This document shows, in pieces, positions 1 through 8,501 of a DNA stretch of 32,000 nucleotides (positions are counted from its first letter, which is position 1; every line of letters starts with the position of its first letter). The stretch comes from Acholeplasma laidlawii PG-8A (GTDB lineage: Bacteria; Bacillota_I; Bacilli_A; Acholeplasmatales; Acholeplasmataceae), in the NCBI RefSeq assembly GCF_000018785.1, contig NC_010163.1, forward strand, positions 1,260,001-1,292,000. Reading direction: 5' to 3'. A model generated the notes under the pieces. The model saw only the letters and a program-made list of their open reading frames with translations, did no database searches and was not told where the DNA came from. Both the position numbers and the translations under genes were made by a program.

Positions 1-1
1 T

Positions 2-103
2 CAAGCGCACGAGGTCACATTAATTACATTTTATATAGAACATATTGGCTTAAAACTTAAACAAAAAAGAACATATTTAATGGACTATATAAAAACACTT
101 TAA
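2..103 (+). CDS. 3' end of an unidentified CDS entering from the left window edge (partial)
   Basis: Frame 2 is open from the window edge to TAA at 101-103 (33 codons: QAHEVTLITFYIEHIGLKLKQKRTYLMDYIKTL*). The stop lies inside a strong hairpin followed by a T-run. The fragment is too short to identify, and frame 1 is also open to position 60. Confidence 0.3.
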   Translation, partial: QAHEVTLITFYIEHIGLKLKQKRTYLMDYIKTL

Positions 104-136
104 ACTAAATTTTAAGTTTAAAGTGTTTTATTTTTA
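93..136. terminator. Rho-independent hairpin terminator, probably bidirectional
   Basis: The 14-nt arms aaacactttaaact (93-106) and agtttaaagtgttt (115-128) are perfectly complementary. They are followed by ttttatttttat on the plus strand and by a T-rich run on the minus strand. The hairpin sits between the left-edge ORF and the stop of the minus-strand lipoprotein gene at 140. Confidence 0.6.
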
Positions 137-139
137 TGT

Positions 140-1366
140 TTATGAAGTAAATACAGTATCGTGAGCTGCTTGTTTAAGTATTGTCATAATCGTTTCATCT
201 AAATCAGGATGAATCCAAGTATTTTCAAGTGGTGATCTATTTGTTAGTACTGCATAATGTGTATATGCAGAAAGTAGTGCACCATATAAACTTGGATGGT
301 TTAAGTCTTGATATAAATTAATCTCTGGATGATTTTGACTTACCCTTTTGAAAGCATAACCTACTGGGGATAGTGTTGCATCTATCTTTGTAGCTACTTG
401 CTCGTATAACTCACCTAATTGATTAGTCATATTATCACGTGCTAATGTGTCTTCATAGTTATAGCCCCACGTTTGATAAAGTACTGTTTTAGCGCCTTGT
501 GCTTTGATTTTTTCATCAAACAAGACTACAGCATCTTCAAATTTTTCATAATCTAAGATGGGTCCATTACTATACTCTTGTAAGAATACATGTGTATATT
601 GGTCTTTATTTATAAGAAAATTAAAGTTTATTTCATGATCTATAATCCATTGTGGTGTTGTACTATCTAATAAGAAGTTTACAACCACATCATCAGCTCT
701 TAACATTTCATAAATAAAGGTTGGAATGTTATAGGTATATTTTGTTAAACTATTACCAATAAATAAGAGGTTATAAGCTTCAACTTCATCACTGTAAACT
801 ACTTCAAATTCTATTGTTGTTTGAGTTTGCCAGTCACTAGCAAGATATGCAGTTAAGTTAAAGGTGCCTGCTTTTGAAAATTTGATTTGACCAGTTTTAT
901 CATCAAAGTCGACAAAACTTGCAGTATAACTATAACGCACATCAGAATCATATGATCTTTCAGGTAAAAAATCCAAGGTCACTTCATATACCTTACCTAC
1001 ATAAAATAAGTCATCAGACTCACTTACAGCACTAAGAACAATACCTTCAACACCTGGTATAGGTAACACATTAAGTTCTTTTTCATAGGTATCTTTTGTA
1101 GAATTAGTTATCTTTATTGTTGTAGTGCCAATACTTAATGCATGAATATTACCAAATTTATCAATGGTTGCTACATCTAAATTACTAGAACTATAAGTAA
1201 ATCTATCTGATAAGTTCTCACTGATTGGATAAATTTGTAATTTATCTCCTTTATATATATAATCCGGTATCTCTACTATAATTTCATAAGAAGTTGAAGG
1301 TTCCTGACAAGACATCAAAAAAAACGATACACTTAGTATGCATATAGCCAGAATAATTTTTTTCAT
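140..1366 (-). CDS. Surface lipoprotein with a bacterial Ig-like (Big_2-type) domain and a SGNH/GDSL-like hydrolase domain
   Basis: ORF-track frame 140..1420. I moved the start to ATG 1366 (RBS AGGGGGA upstream); the extra 54 nt run into the sufB terminator. MKKIILAICILSVSFFLMSC is a signal peptide with a lipobox Cys. FTYSSSNLDVATIDKFGNIHALSIGTTTIKITN looks like Big_2. The C-terminal half has SGNH-type blocks (LLFIGNSLT, QEYSNG, DLNHPS). Confidence 0.8.
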   Translation of the reverse strand: MKKIILAICILSVSFFLMSCQEPSTSYEIIVEIPDYIYKGDKLQIYPISENLSDRFTYSSSNLDVATIDKFGNIHALSIGTTTIKITNSTKDTYEKELNVLPIPGVEGIVLSAVSESDDLFYVGKVYEVTLDFLPERSYDSDVRYSYTASFVDFDDKTGQIKFSKAGTFNLTAYLASDWQTQTTIEFEVVYSDEVEAYNLLFIGNSLTKYTYNIPTFIYEMLRADDVVVNFLLDSTTPQWIIDHEINFNFLINKDQYTHVFLQEYSNGPILDYEKFEDAVVLFDEKIKAQGAKTVLYQTWGYNYEDTLARDNMTNQLGELYEQVATKIDATLSPVGYAFKRVSQNHPEINLYQDLNHPSLYGALLSAYTHYAVLTNRSPLENTWIHPDLDETIMTILKQAAHDTVFTS

Positions 1367-1404
1367 AAATCCCCCTAAATAATTTGTTATACTCATTATA
1401 CTAT

Positions 1405-1450
1405 ATAAAAAGAAAACCACCTTATAGATTATAAATTCTATAAGGTGGTT
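1405..1450 (-). terminator. Rho-independent terminator of the suf operon
   Basis: Perfect 14-bp stem aaccaccttataga (1415-1428) / tctataaggtggtt (1437-1450), 13 nt after the sufB stop. On the minus strand it is followed by ttctttttatat. Confidence 0.7.
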
Positions 1451-1462
1451 AGTATGTATCTA

Positions 1463-2872
1463 TTAACCAATAGAGCCTTCCATTTCAAGTTTAATCAACT
1501 GATTTAACTCGACAGCATATTCCATTGGTAGTTCTTTTGAAAATGGTTCAATAAAGCCCATTACAATCATTTCGGTCGCTTCTTCTTCAGTTAGACCACG
1601 ACTCATTAAGTAGAATAGTTGTTCTTCTGAGATTTTTGATACTGTTGCTTCATGTTGTAAGAATACATCAGAGTTTTTAATGACATTAATTGGAATTGTA
1701 TCGGATGTTGAGATACCATCTAAGATGATCGTATCACATTCAATATTAGATTTAGAACCTTTAGCGTTTTTACCAAAGGATACTTTACCACGGTAATTGA
1801 CCTTACCACCACCACGAGCAATCGATTTTGAAATAATGTTTGAAGTGGTATTTGGCGCAACGTGAATCATACGCGCACCAGCATCTTGCCATTGGTCTTT
1901 ACCTGCAAAAGCAATCGAAATTGTTGTACCTTTTGCATGTTCACCTAATAGGATACAAGAAGGGTATTTCATATTTACGTTAGAACCAATGTTACCATCA
2001 ATCCATTCCATATGTCCATTTTCATAAACAAATGCACGTTTAGTTACTAAGTTAATAACGTTTGTTGACCAGTTTTGAATGGTTGTATAACGGCATGTTG
2101 CATTCTTTTTAACAATCACTTCAACTGTTGCAACGTGTAGTGAATCTTTTTGATAAATTGGTGCTGTACAACCTTCTACATAGTTTACATAAGCACCTTC
2201 ATCAACGATGATAAGTGTTCTTTCAAATTGACCCATTTGATCAGAGTTAATTCTAAAGTATGATTGTAGTGGTTTTTCTACACGTACACCTTTGGGTACG
2301 TATATAAATGAACCACCTGACCATACAGCAGCATTTAGTGCTGCATATTTGTTATCTTTGTTACTTACAACTGTACCAAAGTATTCTTTAACTAATTCAG
2401 GATACTCTCTAATTGCAGTATCTGTATCTACATAGATAACACCTAGTTTTTCCAACTCTTCTTTTGAACTGTGGTATACGACCTCGGATTCAAATTGTGT
2501 AGATACACCTGCTAAGTAATTTCTTTCAGCTTGAGGAATACCTAAACGTTCAAAAGTTTCTTTAATCTTTTCAGGTACATCATCCCAAGAGTTCATTGCT
2601 TTATCAGTAGATTTGATATAGTAAGTAAATTCTTGAAAATCAATAAAACTTAAATCAGGACCCCAAGTTGGGTTTGGTGTATTTATAAAATTGTTATAGG
2701 ATTCTAAACGGTAGTCTGTCATCCATTGTGGTTCTTTTTTAATTTCAGATATTTGTCTAACTATTGCTTCATTAATACCTTTACCAGTATCCATGATGGG
2801 TTTAGAGTCCGTTATGAATCCAAACTGATAGTCACCAACAATATTATCTATTTTTGTTTTTGTGTCACTCAT
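1463..2872 (-). CDS. sufB: Fe-S cluster assembly scaffold protein SufB
   Basis: 469-aa ORF with a typical SufB sequence throughout, for example the C-terminal [34 protein letters not shown]. It is the last gene of a sufCDSUB cluster and overlaps the sufU stop by 8 nt. Confidence 0.95.
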   Translation of the reverse strand: MSDTKTKIDNIVGDYQFGFITDSKPIMDTGKGINEAIVRQISEIKKEPQWMTDYRLESYNNFINTPNPTWGPDLSFIDFQEFTYYIKSTDKAMNSWDDVPEKIKETFERLGIPQAERNYLAGVSTQFESEVVYHSSKEELEKLGVIYVDTDTAIREYPELVKEYFGTVVSNKDNKYAALNAAVWSGGSFIYVPKGVRVEKPLQSYFRINSDQMGQFERTLIIVDEGAYVNYVEGCTAPIYQKDSLHVATVEVIVKKNATCRYTTIQNWSTNVINLVTKRAFVYENGHMEWIDGNIGSNVNMKYPSCILLGEHAKGTTISIAFAGKDQWQDAGARMIHVAPNTTSNIISKSIARGGGKVNYRGKVSFGKNAKGSKSNIECDTIILDGISTSDTIPINVIKNSDVFLQHEATVSKISEEQLFYLMSRGLTEEEATEMIVMGFIEPFSKELPMEYAVELNQLIKLEMEGSIG

Positions 2873-3311
2873 TATTTTGTTCTCCTTCCAAAGGATTTAA
2901 ACCCTTCTCATATGCTTTCCACGCAAGTGTTGCACATTTGATTCTTGCTGGAAATTGACCAACACCTTCAAATGCTAAGGCATCTTCTAATACGGATTTA
3001 TCTTTTATTTCTTCACCAGTTAACATATCATAAAATGTTTGAATAAGTTCCTTGGCTTCAAAAATGTCTTTATTTTTTAATAGTTCAGAGGCTACAGATG
3101 CAGATGCACAGCATATACTACACCCTTTACCTTGTTGTTTTAAGTCGATAATTTTACTATCCTTGATGAGTAATTGAACAATTAAGTCATCCCCACAAGT
3201 CGGATTATTTAAGTGGACCGTTAAGTAACTGTCATCATTGATTAATCCCTTGTTTTTAGGGTTTTTATAATGATCCATGATTACTGAGCGATACAATGTT
3301 TTTAAGTCCAT
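2865..3311 (-). CDS. sufU: Zinc-dependent sulfurtransferase SufU (IscU/NifU-like)
   Basis: Start moved to ATG 3311 (RBS AAAGGAAC; the track start at 3356 would overlap sufS). The N-terminus [22 protein letters not shown] and the Cys ligand motifs [17 protein letters not shown] and IKCATLAW are typical of Firmicute SufU. Confidence 0.9.
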   Translation of the reverse strand: MDLKTLYRSVIMDHYKNPKNKGLINDDSYLTVHLNNPTCGDDLIVQLLIKDSKIIDLKQQGKGCSICCASASVASELLKNKDIFEAKELIQTFYDMLTGEEIKDKSVLEDALAFEGVGQFPARIKCATLAWKAYEKGLNPLEGEQNNE

Positions 3312-3324
3312 AAATAGTTCCTTT

Positions 3325-4527
3325 CTATATGCTGTGGAAGAAATCTCTTGTTTCAAGGATTGCTTTAATTAATATGTCACAGTCTTCAATACTATTGTAT
3401 ATTGCAAATGATGCACGCACGGTTGCATCTTGATTTAAATACTTCATTGTAAGTTGATTACAATGATGTCCTGCTCTTACAGCAACACCGTGTTGATCTA
3501 AGAAGCTTGATGTGTCATGAGGATGTACCTCATCAATGTTAAATGATAAAAGTGTAGACTCGCCATGTTTATTAAAAACGGTAATACCTGGTTCATCTTT
3601 TAATTTATCTACGACATAATTTCTTAAGTGAAGTTCATGTTGATGGATGTTTTCAATGCCAATAGAATCTATAAATTCAAATGCTTTAGCAAGTCCTATC
3701 GCTTCTGCAATTGCAGGGGTACCTGCTTCAAATTTATAAGCACCACTTTTCCAAGTTGAACCATCTAAATGAACTTTATCCACCATTTCTCCACCAAATT
3801 CTGTTGGAGATAGTTTAGACATCAGCCCTGATTTGATGTATAAAACACCAATACCATTTGGTCCATAGACCTTATGACCACTAAAGGCTAACATATCTAC
3901 ATCAAGTGCTTTCACATCTGTTTTAATGTGGACAATCGATTGTGCAGCATCTACGATAATTTTAGCACCAACTTCATGTGTGAATTTCGCCATCTCTTGA
4001 AGTGGTGTTTCATAACCCATCACATTGGACATGTGATGCGTAATGACTAGTTTTGTTTTATTTGTTAAGACAGTTTTAAAGTTATCTATCGTGATCATAC
4101 CATCCATTAAAGGAATAAACTTAACTACCAAATTTAATCTAGATGCTAGTTCTAACCAAGGTAGTAAGTTGGAATGATGTTCTAATTCGGATAAAATGAT
4201 TTCATCTCCACTTTGAAGTGTTAAACCTAAACTGTTTGCTGCTAAGTTAATACTATGTGTTGTAGACTTTGTAAAGATCACTTCTTCAGCGGATGCATTA
4301 ATAAATTTAGCAATCACACTTCTTGCATGTTCATACTTTGTAGTAGATTCTGCTGCAAGTTGATATACACCACGGTGAACGTTAGTTCCATTAAAGGATA
4401 AATAGTCCATCATAGCCTCTATCACTGATTGATGTTTAAAAGCACTGGCTGCAGAGTCAAAAAACCTCATTTCAGGGTATTTTGAATAAACTGGAAATTG
4501 TGCTCTTATTTTCTTTACATCGATCAT
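3325..4527 (-). CDS. sufS: Cysteine desulfurase SufS (class V aminotransferase fold)
   Basis: 400 aa. PLP-Lys motif AFSGHKVYGP, catalytic Cys loop VRAGHHCNQ, and operon position between sufD and sufU. Confidence 0.95.
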   Translation of the reverse strand: MIDVKKIRAQFPVYSKYPEMRFFDSAASAFKHQSVIEAMMDYLSFNGTNVHRGVYQLAAESTTKYEHARSVIAKFINASAEEVIFTKSTTHSINLAANSLGLTLQSGDEIILSELEHHSNLLPWLELASRLNLVVKFIPLMDGMITIDNFKTVLTNKTKLVITHHMSNVMGYETPLQEMAKFTHEVGAKIIVDAAQSIVHIKTDVKALDVDMLAFSGHKVYGPNGIGVLYIKSGLMSKLSPTEFGGEMVDKVHLDGSTWKSGAYKFEAGTPAIAEAIGLAKAFEFIDSIGIENIHQHELHLRNYVVDKLKDEPGITVFNKHGESTLLSFNIDEVHPHDTSSFLDQHGVAVRAGHHCNQLTMKYLNQDATVRASFAIYNSIEDCDILIKAILETRDFFHSI

Positions 4528-4531
4528 TTAT

Positions 4532-5404
4532 CTATATTCTTTCGTTTACGATTTTTGCTACATTTTCTTTGATGAGTTCATCATCAATTTCATCAATAAT
4601 TGGTTGTAGATAACCATTAATAATTAATCTTTGGGCATCTTCTAATGTAATACCTCTACTTCTTAAATAAAAGATAACTTCATCTTCCATTTTACCAACT
4701 GTAGCGGCATGTCCAGCCGTGACATCGTGTTCGTCAATAATTAATATTGGATTCACATCGATTTGGGCTTTATCATTTGTAATAATACCTTTAAGTGTTT
4801 GGAATGCTGATGAACCATTCATACCTTGTTCAATTTGTCCAACACCATTGATTTTAATAATACCATTTTGACCAGCTATACCAACGTTAGTCATTTCTGC
4901 TGAACTAAATGGTGCATAATGTGTCATATGAATATCTAACTTTTGACTATGATTTGTACTAGATACTGTAATTGTTCTTACTCTTAAGTTAGCACCTTTA
5001 CCATCAAGGTCTAAAAAAAGTTTAGCATCCATCACATTATTCACAAAACCACCAATAAACTCCATATTAGAATCTGCTAAACTTGATGATTTAAAATTTA
5101 ACTTAGCATTGTTTGATTGAACTTCTGAAATAAGTAGAAACTTAACTTGAGAATTCTCCATAAGTTTCATGTCAATATCATAAGTAACATCACTTGAATC
5201 AGTGTCATTAAGTTCTAAAATAAGTTTAGCTTCAACACTCGGTTCAACAACGATATTTAAATTTGTTAGTTCTCTATGGTTAAGTTTAATTGTTAAAGTG
5301 TCTTTAAAGATTGTTTTTTTCAATAATTTTAATGTATTGTCACTAAATGTAACACCACTTGGTAGTGATTGGTTATTTACATTTGTTAATTGGATAATAC
5401 TCAT
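4532..5404 (-). CDS. sufD: Fe-S cluster assembly protein SufD (short form, 290 aa)
   Basis: SufB/SufD-family C-terminal region (GHAATVGKMEDEVIFYLRSRGITLEDAQRLIINGYL). The ATG lies 2 nt after the sufC stop. Confidence 0.85.
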   Translation of the reverse strand: MSIIQLTNVNNQSLPSGVTFSDNTLKLLKKTIFKDTLTIKLNHRELTNLNIVVEPSVEAKLILELNDTDSSDVTYDIDMKLMENSQVKFLLISEVQSNNAKLNFKSSSLADSNMEFIGGFVNNVMDAKLFLDLDGKGANLRVRTITVSSTNHSQKLDIHMTHYAPFSSAEMTNVGIAGQNGIIKINGVGQIEQGMNGSSAFQTLKGIITNDKAQIDVNPILIIDEHDVTAGHAATVGKMEDEVIFYLRSRGITLEDAQRLIINGYLQPIIDEIDDELIKENVAKIVNERI

Positions 5405-5406
5405 AA

Positions 5407-6174
5407 TTATTCTTTACCAACTTCAAAATCTATGCCTAGTTCTTCTTTAACCCATTCATAACCAGATTGATCGATTTTTTCTATTAAGTCACTACCACCT
5501 GATAATACAATCTTACCATTTATCATAATATGAACGTGAGTCGGTTTAATGTAATCTAAAATTCTTTGATAGTGGGTAATTAATATACACCCAAAATCAG
5601 GTGAAACCATGTCATTGACATTCTCGCCTACAATACGTAATGCGTCAATGTCTAAACCTGAGTCAATTTCATCTAAAATAGCAAATTTAGGTTTTAAAGT
5701 TTTAAGTTGAAGTATTTCATTACGTTTTCTTTCCCCACCTGAAAAACCTTCGTTTAAGTAACGGTGTGGTAAGTCTTCACGCATCTTTAATTCACTTGCG
5801 TATCGTTCATAATCCATGATGAACTTAATAAGTGGTACATCTTTACCCGAAACAGCTTTTAATGCTTGACGCATAAAATCTGAGTTAGTTACACCACTGA
5901 CCTCTTGTGGGTATTGCATAGCTAAAAAAAGCCCCGCACGAGCGCGCTCATCTACTTCTAATTCTAATAAGTCTGCATCATCTAATAATGCACTTCCTTG
6001 TGTCACTTCATATTTAGGATGACCCATTAATGCTGAAGCTAAAGTGGACTTACCTGTACCATTTGGACCCATGATTGCGTGTACTTCGCCTGTTTTTACA
6101 GTTAAGTTAACACCTTTCAAGATTTCTTTGTCTTCAATGGATACGTGTAAATCATTGATTGTTAATGTTGACAT
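5407..6174 (-). CDS. sufC: Fe-S cluster assembly ATPase SufC
   Basis: 255 aa. Walker A GPNGTGKST, signature FSGGERKRNEI, Walker B FAILDEIDSGLD, H-loop ITHY. RBS GAAGGAG upstream. First gene of the operon. Confidence 0.95.
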   Translation of the reverse strand: MSTLTINDLHVSIEDKEILKGVNLTVKTGEVHAIMGPNGTGKSTLASALMGHPKYEVTQGSALLDDADLLELEVDERARAGLFLAMQYPQEVSGVTNSDFMRQALKAVSGKDVPLIKFIMDYERYASELKMREDLPHRYLNEGFSGGERKRNEILQLKTLKPKFAILDEIDSGLDIDALRIVGENVNDMVSPDFGCILITHYQRILDYIKPTHVHIMINGKIVLSGGSDLIEKIDQSGYEWVKEELGIDFEVGKE

Positions 6175-6211
6175 TTTATTCTCCTTCTACAAATTAATAT
6201 TTACCTAAATT

Positions 6212-6241
6212 ATTATAACATTAATTAGCTTAGATATCTAA
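6212..6241 (-). promoter_or_regulatory. Candidate suf promoter (extended -10) with an adjacent 12-bp palindrome
   Basis: On the minus strand, TGTTATAAT (plus 6212-6220) lies about 38 nt upstream of the sufC ATG. The perfect palindrome TTAGATATCTAA (6230-6241) sits at about the -35 position. No good -35 hexamer is present. Confidence 0.4.
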
Positions 6242-6421
6242 ACATAGGTTTTATATTTAAGTAATTTTTAAGAATCTATTATGATACTTCATTTCTTTAT
6301 ATAAATATGATGTATAAAATACATAATTTAGATTAATTGTGGTAAAAATCCATGAAATAGACTTAGAAATTTATGATATAAGGTCTTAATATGATAGAAT
6401 ATCACTAAAGGAAATGATGAG

Positions 6422-7144
6422 ATGAATACATATAATAAATTACAAAAAAAGTTTTTAATTTGGATCTTAGTTGAGGTTATTATCACCTTTGTGCTTTTAG
6501 TTGTTTTACTGTTTTTACCGCTTGATTTTAATGTTTTAATGCCAATTTTATTTGTCCTATTACTGATTGGTTTAATCTTAAGTTTGGTTTTAAAATCTAA
6601 GTTTGATTACTATAACTTCCTATATAGACACAGTGCCTTATTTGAAAATTTAGCACCAGCTGTTGAAACAAACCAAATCATATTATCTCAAGCATGGTTT
6701 GAGATGTTAAAACAAGAAAAATATCAACAATATAAGTCTTATGGCGGCTACAGTATTCACTATAAGATTGCAGATGGACCAAATAGTAAACGTTCATTTA
6801 AGACCCTTTATATCGTGGTTGCTATTGCTGATAATACCTTAAGTTTTGAAAATGAAATCATTGAAAAATCAATAAATAAACTAGAAATGCATTTATATAA
6901 AAACGCAAAATATAGTCAAAGAATTATTTACCAATTTAAATCAGATAAAAAGTTTACTCAAGAACTTGCTAAATCTACTAACATGGTCTTATTTGCTAGA
7001 AACCATAAACAAAATATTGTTTTAATTAATGTATATCACTTTTCAGATGATCATGTAGCCTATTTTGTTCACAGTACAACAAACCCACCTACACCTTATT
7101 ATGATTTTGCATCTAAGTATTTAATCGATTTACTAAATAAATAG
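6422..7144 (+). CDS. Hypothetical membrane protein (two N-terminal TM helices plus a ~180-aa soluble domain), family not recognised
   Basis: 240-aa ORF with RBS AAAGGAAA and an upstream extended -10-like TGATAGAAT. Hydrophobic segments are FLIWILVEVIITFVLLVVLLFL and LMPILFVLLLIGLILSLVL. A hairpin terminator follows. Confidence 0.7.
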   Translation: MNTYNKLQKKFLIWILVEVIITFVLLVVLLFLPLDFNVLMPILFVLLLIGLILSLVLKSKFDYYNFLYRHSALFENLAPAVETNQIILSQAWFEMLKQEKYQQYKSYGGYSIHYKIADGPNSKRSFKTLYIVVAIADNTLSFENEIIEKSINKLEMHLYKNAKYSQRIIYQFKSDKKFTQELAKSTNMVLFARNHKQNIVLINVYHFSDDHVAYFVHSTTNPPTPYYDFASKYLIDLLNK

Positions 7145-7156
7145 GTATTAAAAGAT

Positions 7157-7192
7157 AAAAGAGAATTTCCTAAGGAAACTCTCTTTTTTAAA
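7157..7192. terminator. Bidirectional hairpin terminator between convergent genes
   Basis: aaagagaatttcc (7158-7170) pairs with ggaaactctcttt (7174-7186) with one mismatch. T-runs are present on both strands. It lies between the stop at 7144 (+) and the oppF stop at 7197 (-). Confidence 0.6.
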
Positions 7193-7196
7193 TCTT

Positions 7197-8501
7197 TTAT
7201 TTAGTTACTTTTTTAGCAGCCGGCTTTTTAGCAGGTGCTTTTTTTGTTGTTGCATCAGCTTTTTTAGCTGGTGCTTTTGCTGCTGGTTTCTTAGCTGTTG
7301 GTTTTTTAGCAACTACTTTTTCTTCAGCTTTAGCTTCAGACACTACTTCAACAGGTGTTGAAGATGTTTTAGCTTTTGGTGCTTTTGAAACCTCTTTTTT
7401 ATAGTTTTCAATTTCATCTGGTGAACCGTATACAAAATGATTTCCACCTACATCAACTAGTGATGGTTGATTTGTTTCACTGTAGTTATGAACTGATGCA
7501 TCATAAGAAAATCTCTTACGTGTCTTTTCATAAATTGGGTTCGGGAATGGAATTGCTGATAAAAGTGATTTCGTATATGGATGCAGTGGATTATTGAATA
7601 AATCTTCCGATGAAGCTAATTCAACAATTTTACCGAAGTGCATAACCGCGATACGATCACTAAAGTATTTAACAACTGATAAGTCGTGAGCAATAAATAA
7701 GATAGTTAAGTTTAAAGTACTTTGCAGATCTTTTAGTAAGTTAATGACTTGAGCTTGAATAGATACGTCAAGTGCACTAATTGGTTCGTCTGCAATTAAT
7801 AATTCAGGTTCAACAATTAACGCTCTAGCAATACCAATACGTTGACGTTGTCCACCTGAGAACTCATGTGGATAGCGGAATGCGTGTTCTGGTACAAGTC
7901 CAACAACTTTTAAGATTTCAAATACTTTTTCATCAATAATTTTAGAATCTCTTAAACCACCAATACGTAGACCTTCAGCAATAATTTCTTTAACGGTCAT
8001 ACGTGGATTTAAGGATGAAATTGGATCTTGGAAAATCATTTGAACTTGTTTCATGGTGTTTACTAATTCACCTTTGAAAGCATTGTCCTTTTTCATTCTT
8101 TTGATTTCTTGTTTTTGTGCTTTAACTAATAATTTTAAATCTTTTTTGATTTGTGCAATTTTTTCTTTGTTATCCGTAGTAGTATCGCTCTTTAATGCAT
8201 TGATTTCAGCCTTAGCTTCTGCTTTAGCTTGTTTAATGCGCTTCACATAAGAAGCTACACCACCACCAATACGTTGCCCTTTAAATAAGATTTCTCCATT
8301 CGTAGCATCATATAATTTAACGATTGTACGACCAGTTGTAGTTTTACCACAGCCTGATTCACCTACAAGACCAAATACTTCACCTTTATAGATATCAAAG
8401 CTAATACCGTCAACAGCCTTAACGACCATTTTATTACGTCCTGAACCCACTTTAAAGTGTTGTTCTAGACCTTTAACTTCTAAGACTTTTTCTCTATTCA
8501 T
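7197..8501 (-). CDS. oppF: Oligopeptide ABC transporter ATP-binding protein OppF, with an internal coiled-coil insertion and a Lys/Ala/Pro-rich C-terminal tail
   Basis: Walker [10 protein letters not shown], signature [14 protein letters not shown], Walker [14 protein letters not shown]-loop IAHDL, oligopeptide-type C-terminal domain [15 protein letters not shown]. The start overlaps the oppD stop (ATGA). Confidence 0.9.
   Translation of the reverse strand: MNREKVLEVKGLEQHFKVGSGRNKMVVKAVDGISFDIYKGEVFGLVGESGCGKTTTGRTIVKLYDATNGEILFKGQRIGGGVASYVKRIKQAKAEAKAEINALKSDTTTDNKEKIAQIKKDLKLLVKAQKQEIKRMKKDNAFKGELVNTMKQVQMIFQDPISSLNPRMTVKEIIAEGLRIGGLRDSKIIDEKVFEILKVVGLVPEHAFRYPHEFSGGQRQRIGIARALIVEPELLIADEPISALDVSIQAQVINLLKDLQSTLNLTILFIAHDLSVVKYFSDRIAVMHFGKIVELASSEDLFNNPLHPYTKSLLSAIPFPNPIYEKTRKRFSYDASVHNYSETNQPSLVDVGGNHFVYGSPDEIENYKKEVSKAPKAKTSSTPVEVVSEAKAEEKVVAKKPTAKKPAAKAPAKKADATTKKAPAKKPAAKKVTK

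Noticed and set aside
1367-1420. N-terminal extensions implied by the longest-ORF starts in the track: 1367-1420, 3312-3356, 11877-11891, 17584-17622, 18374-18400, 19823-19891, 25511-25525 and 29325-29375.
   Set aside because: In each case an internal ATG is preceded by a good Shine-Dalgarno sequence. That ATG gives the expected family N-terminus or a clean lipoprotein signal. The extension would overlap a terminator or the upstream gene and has no RBS.
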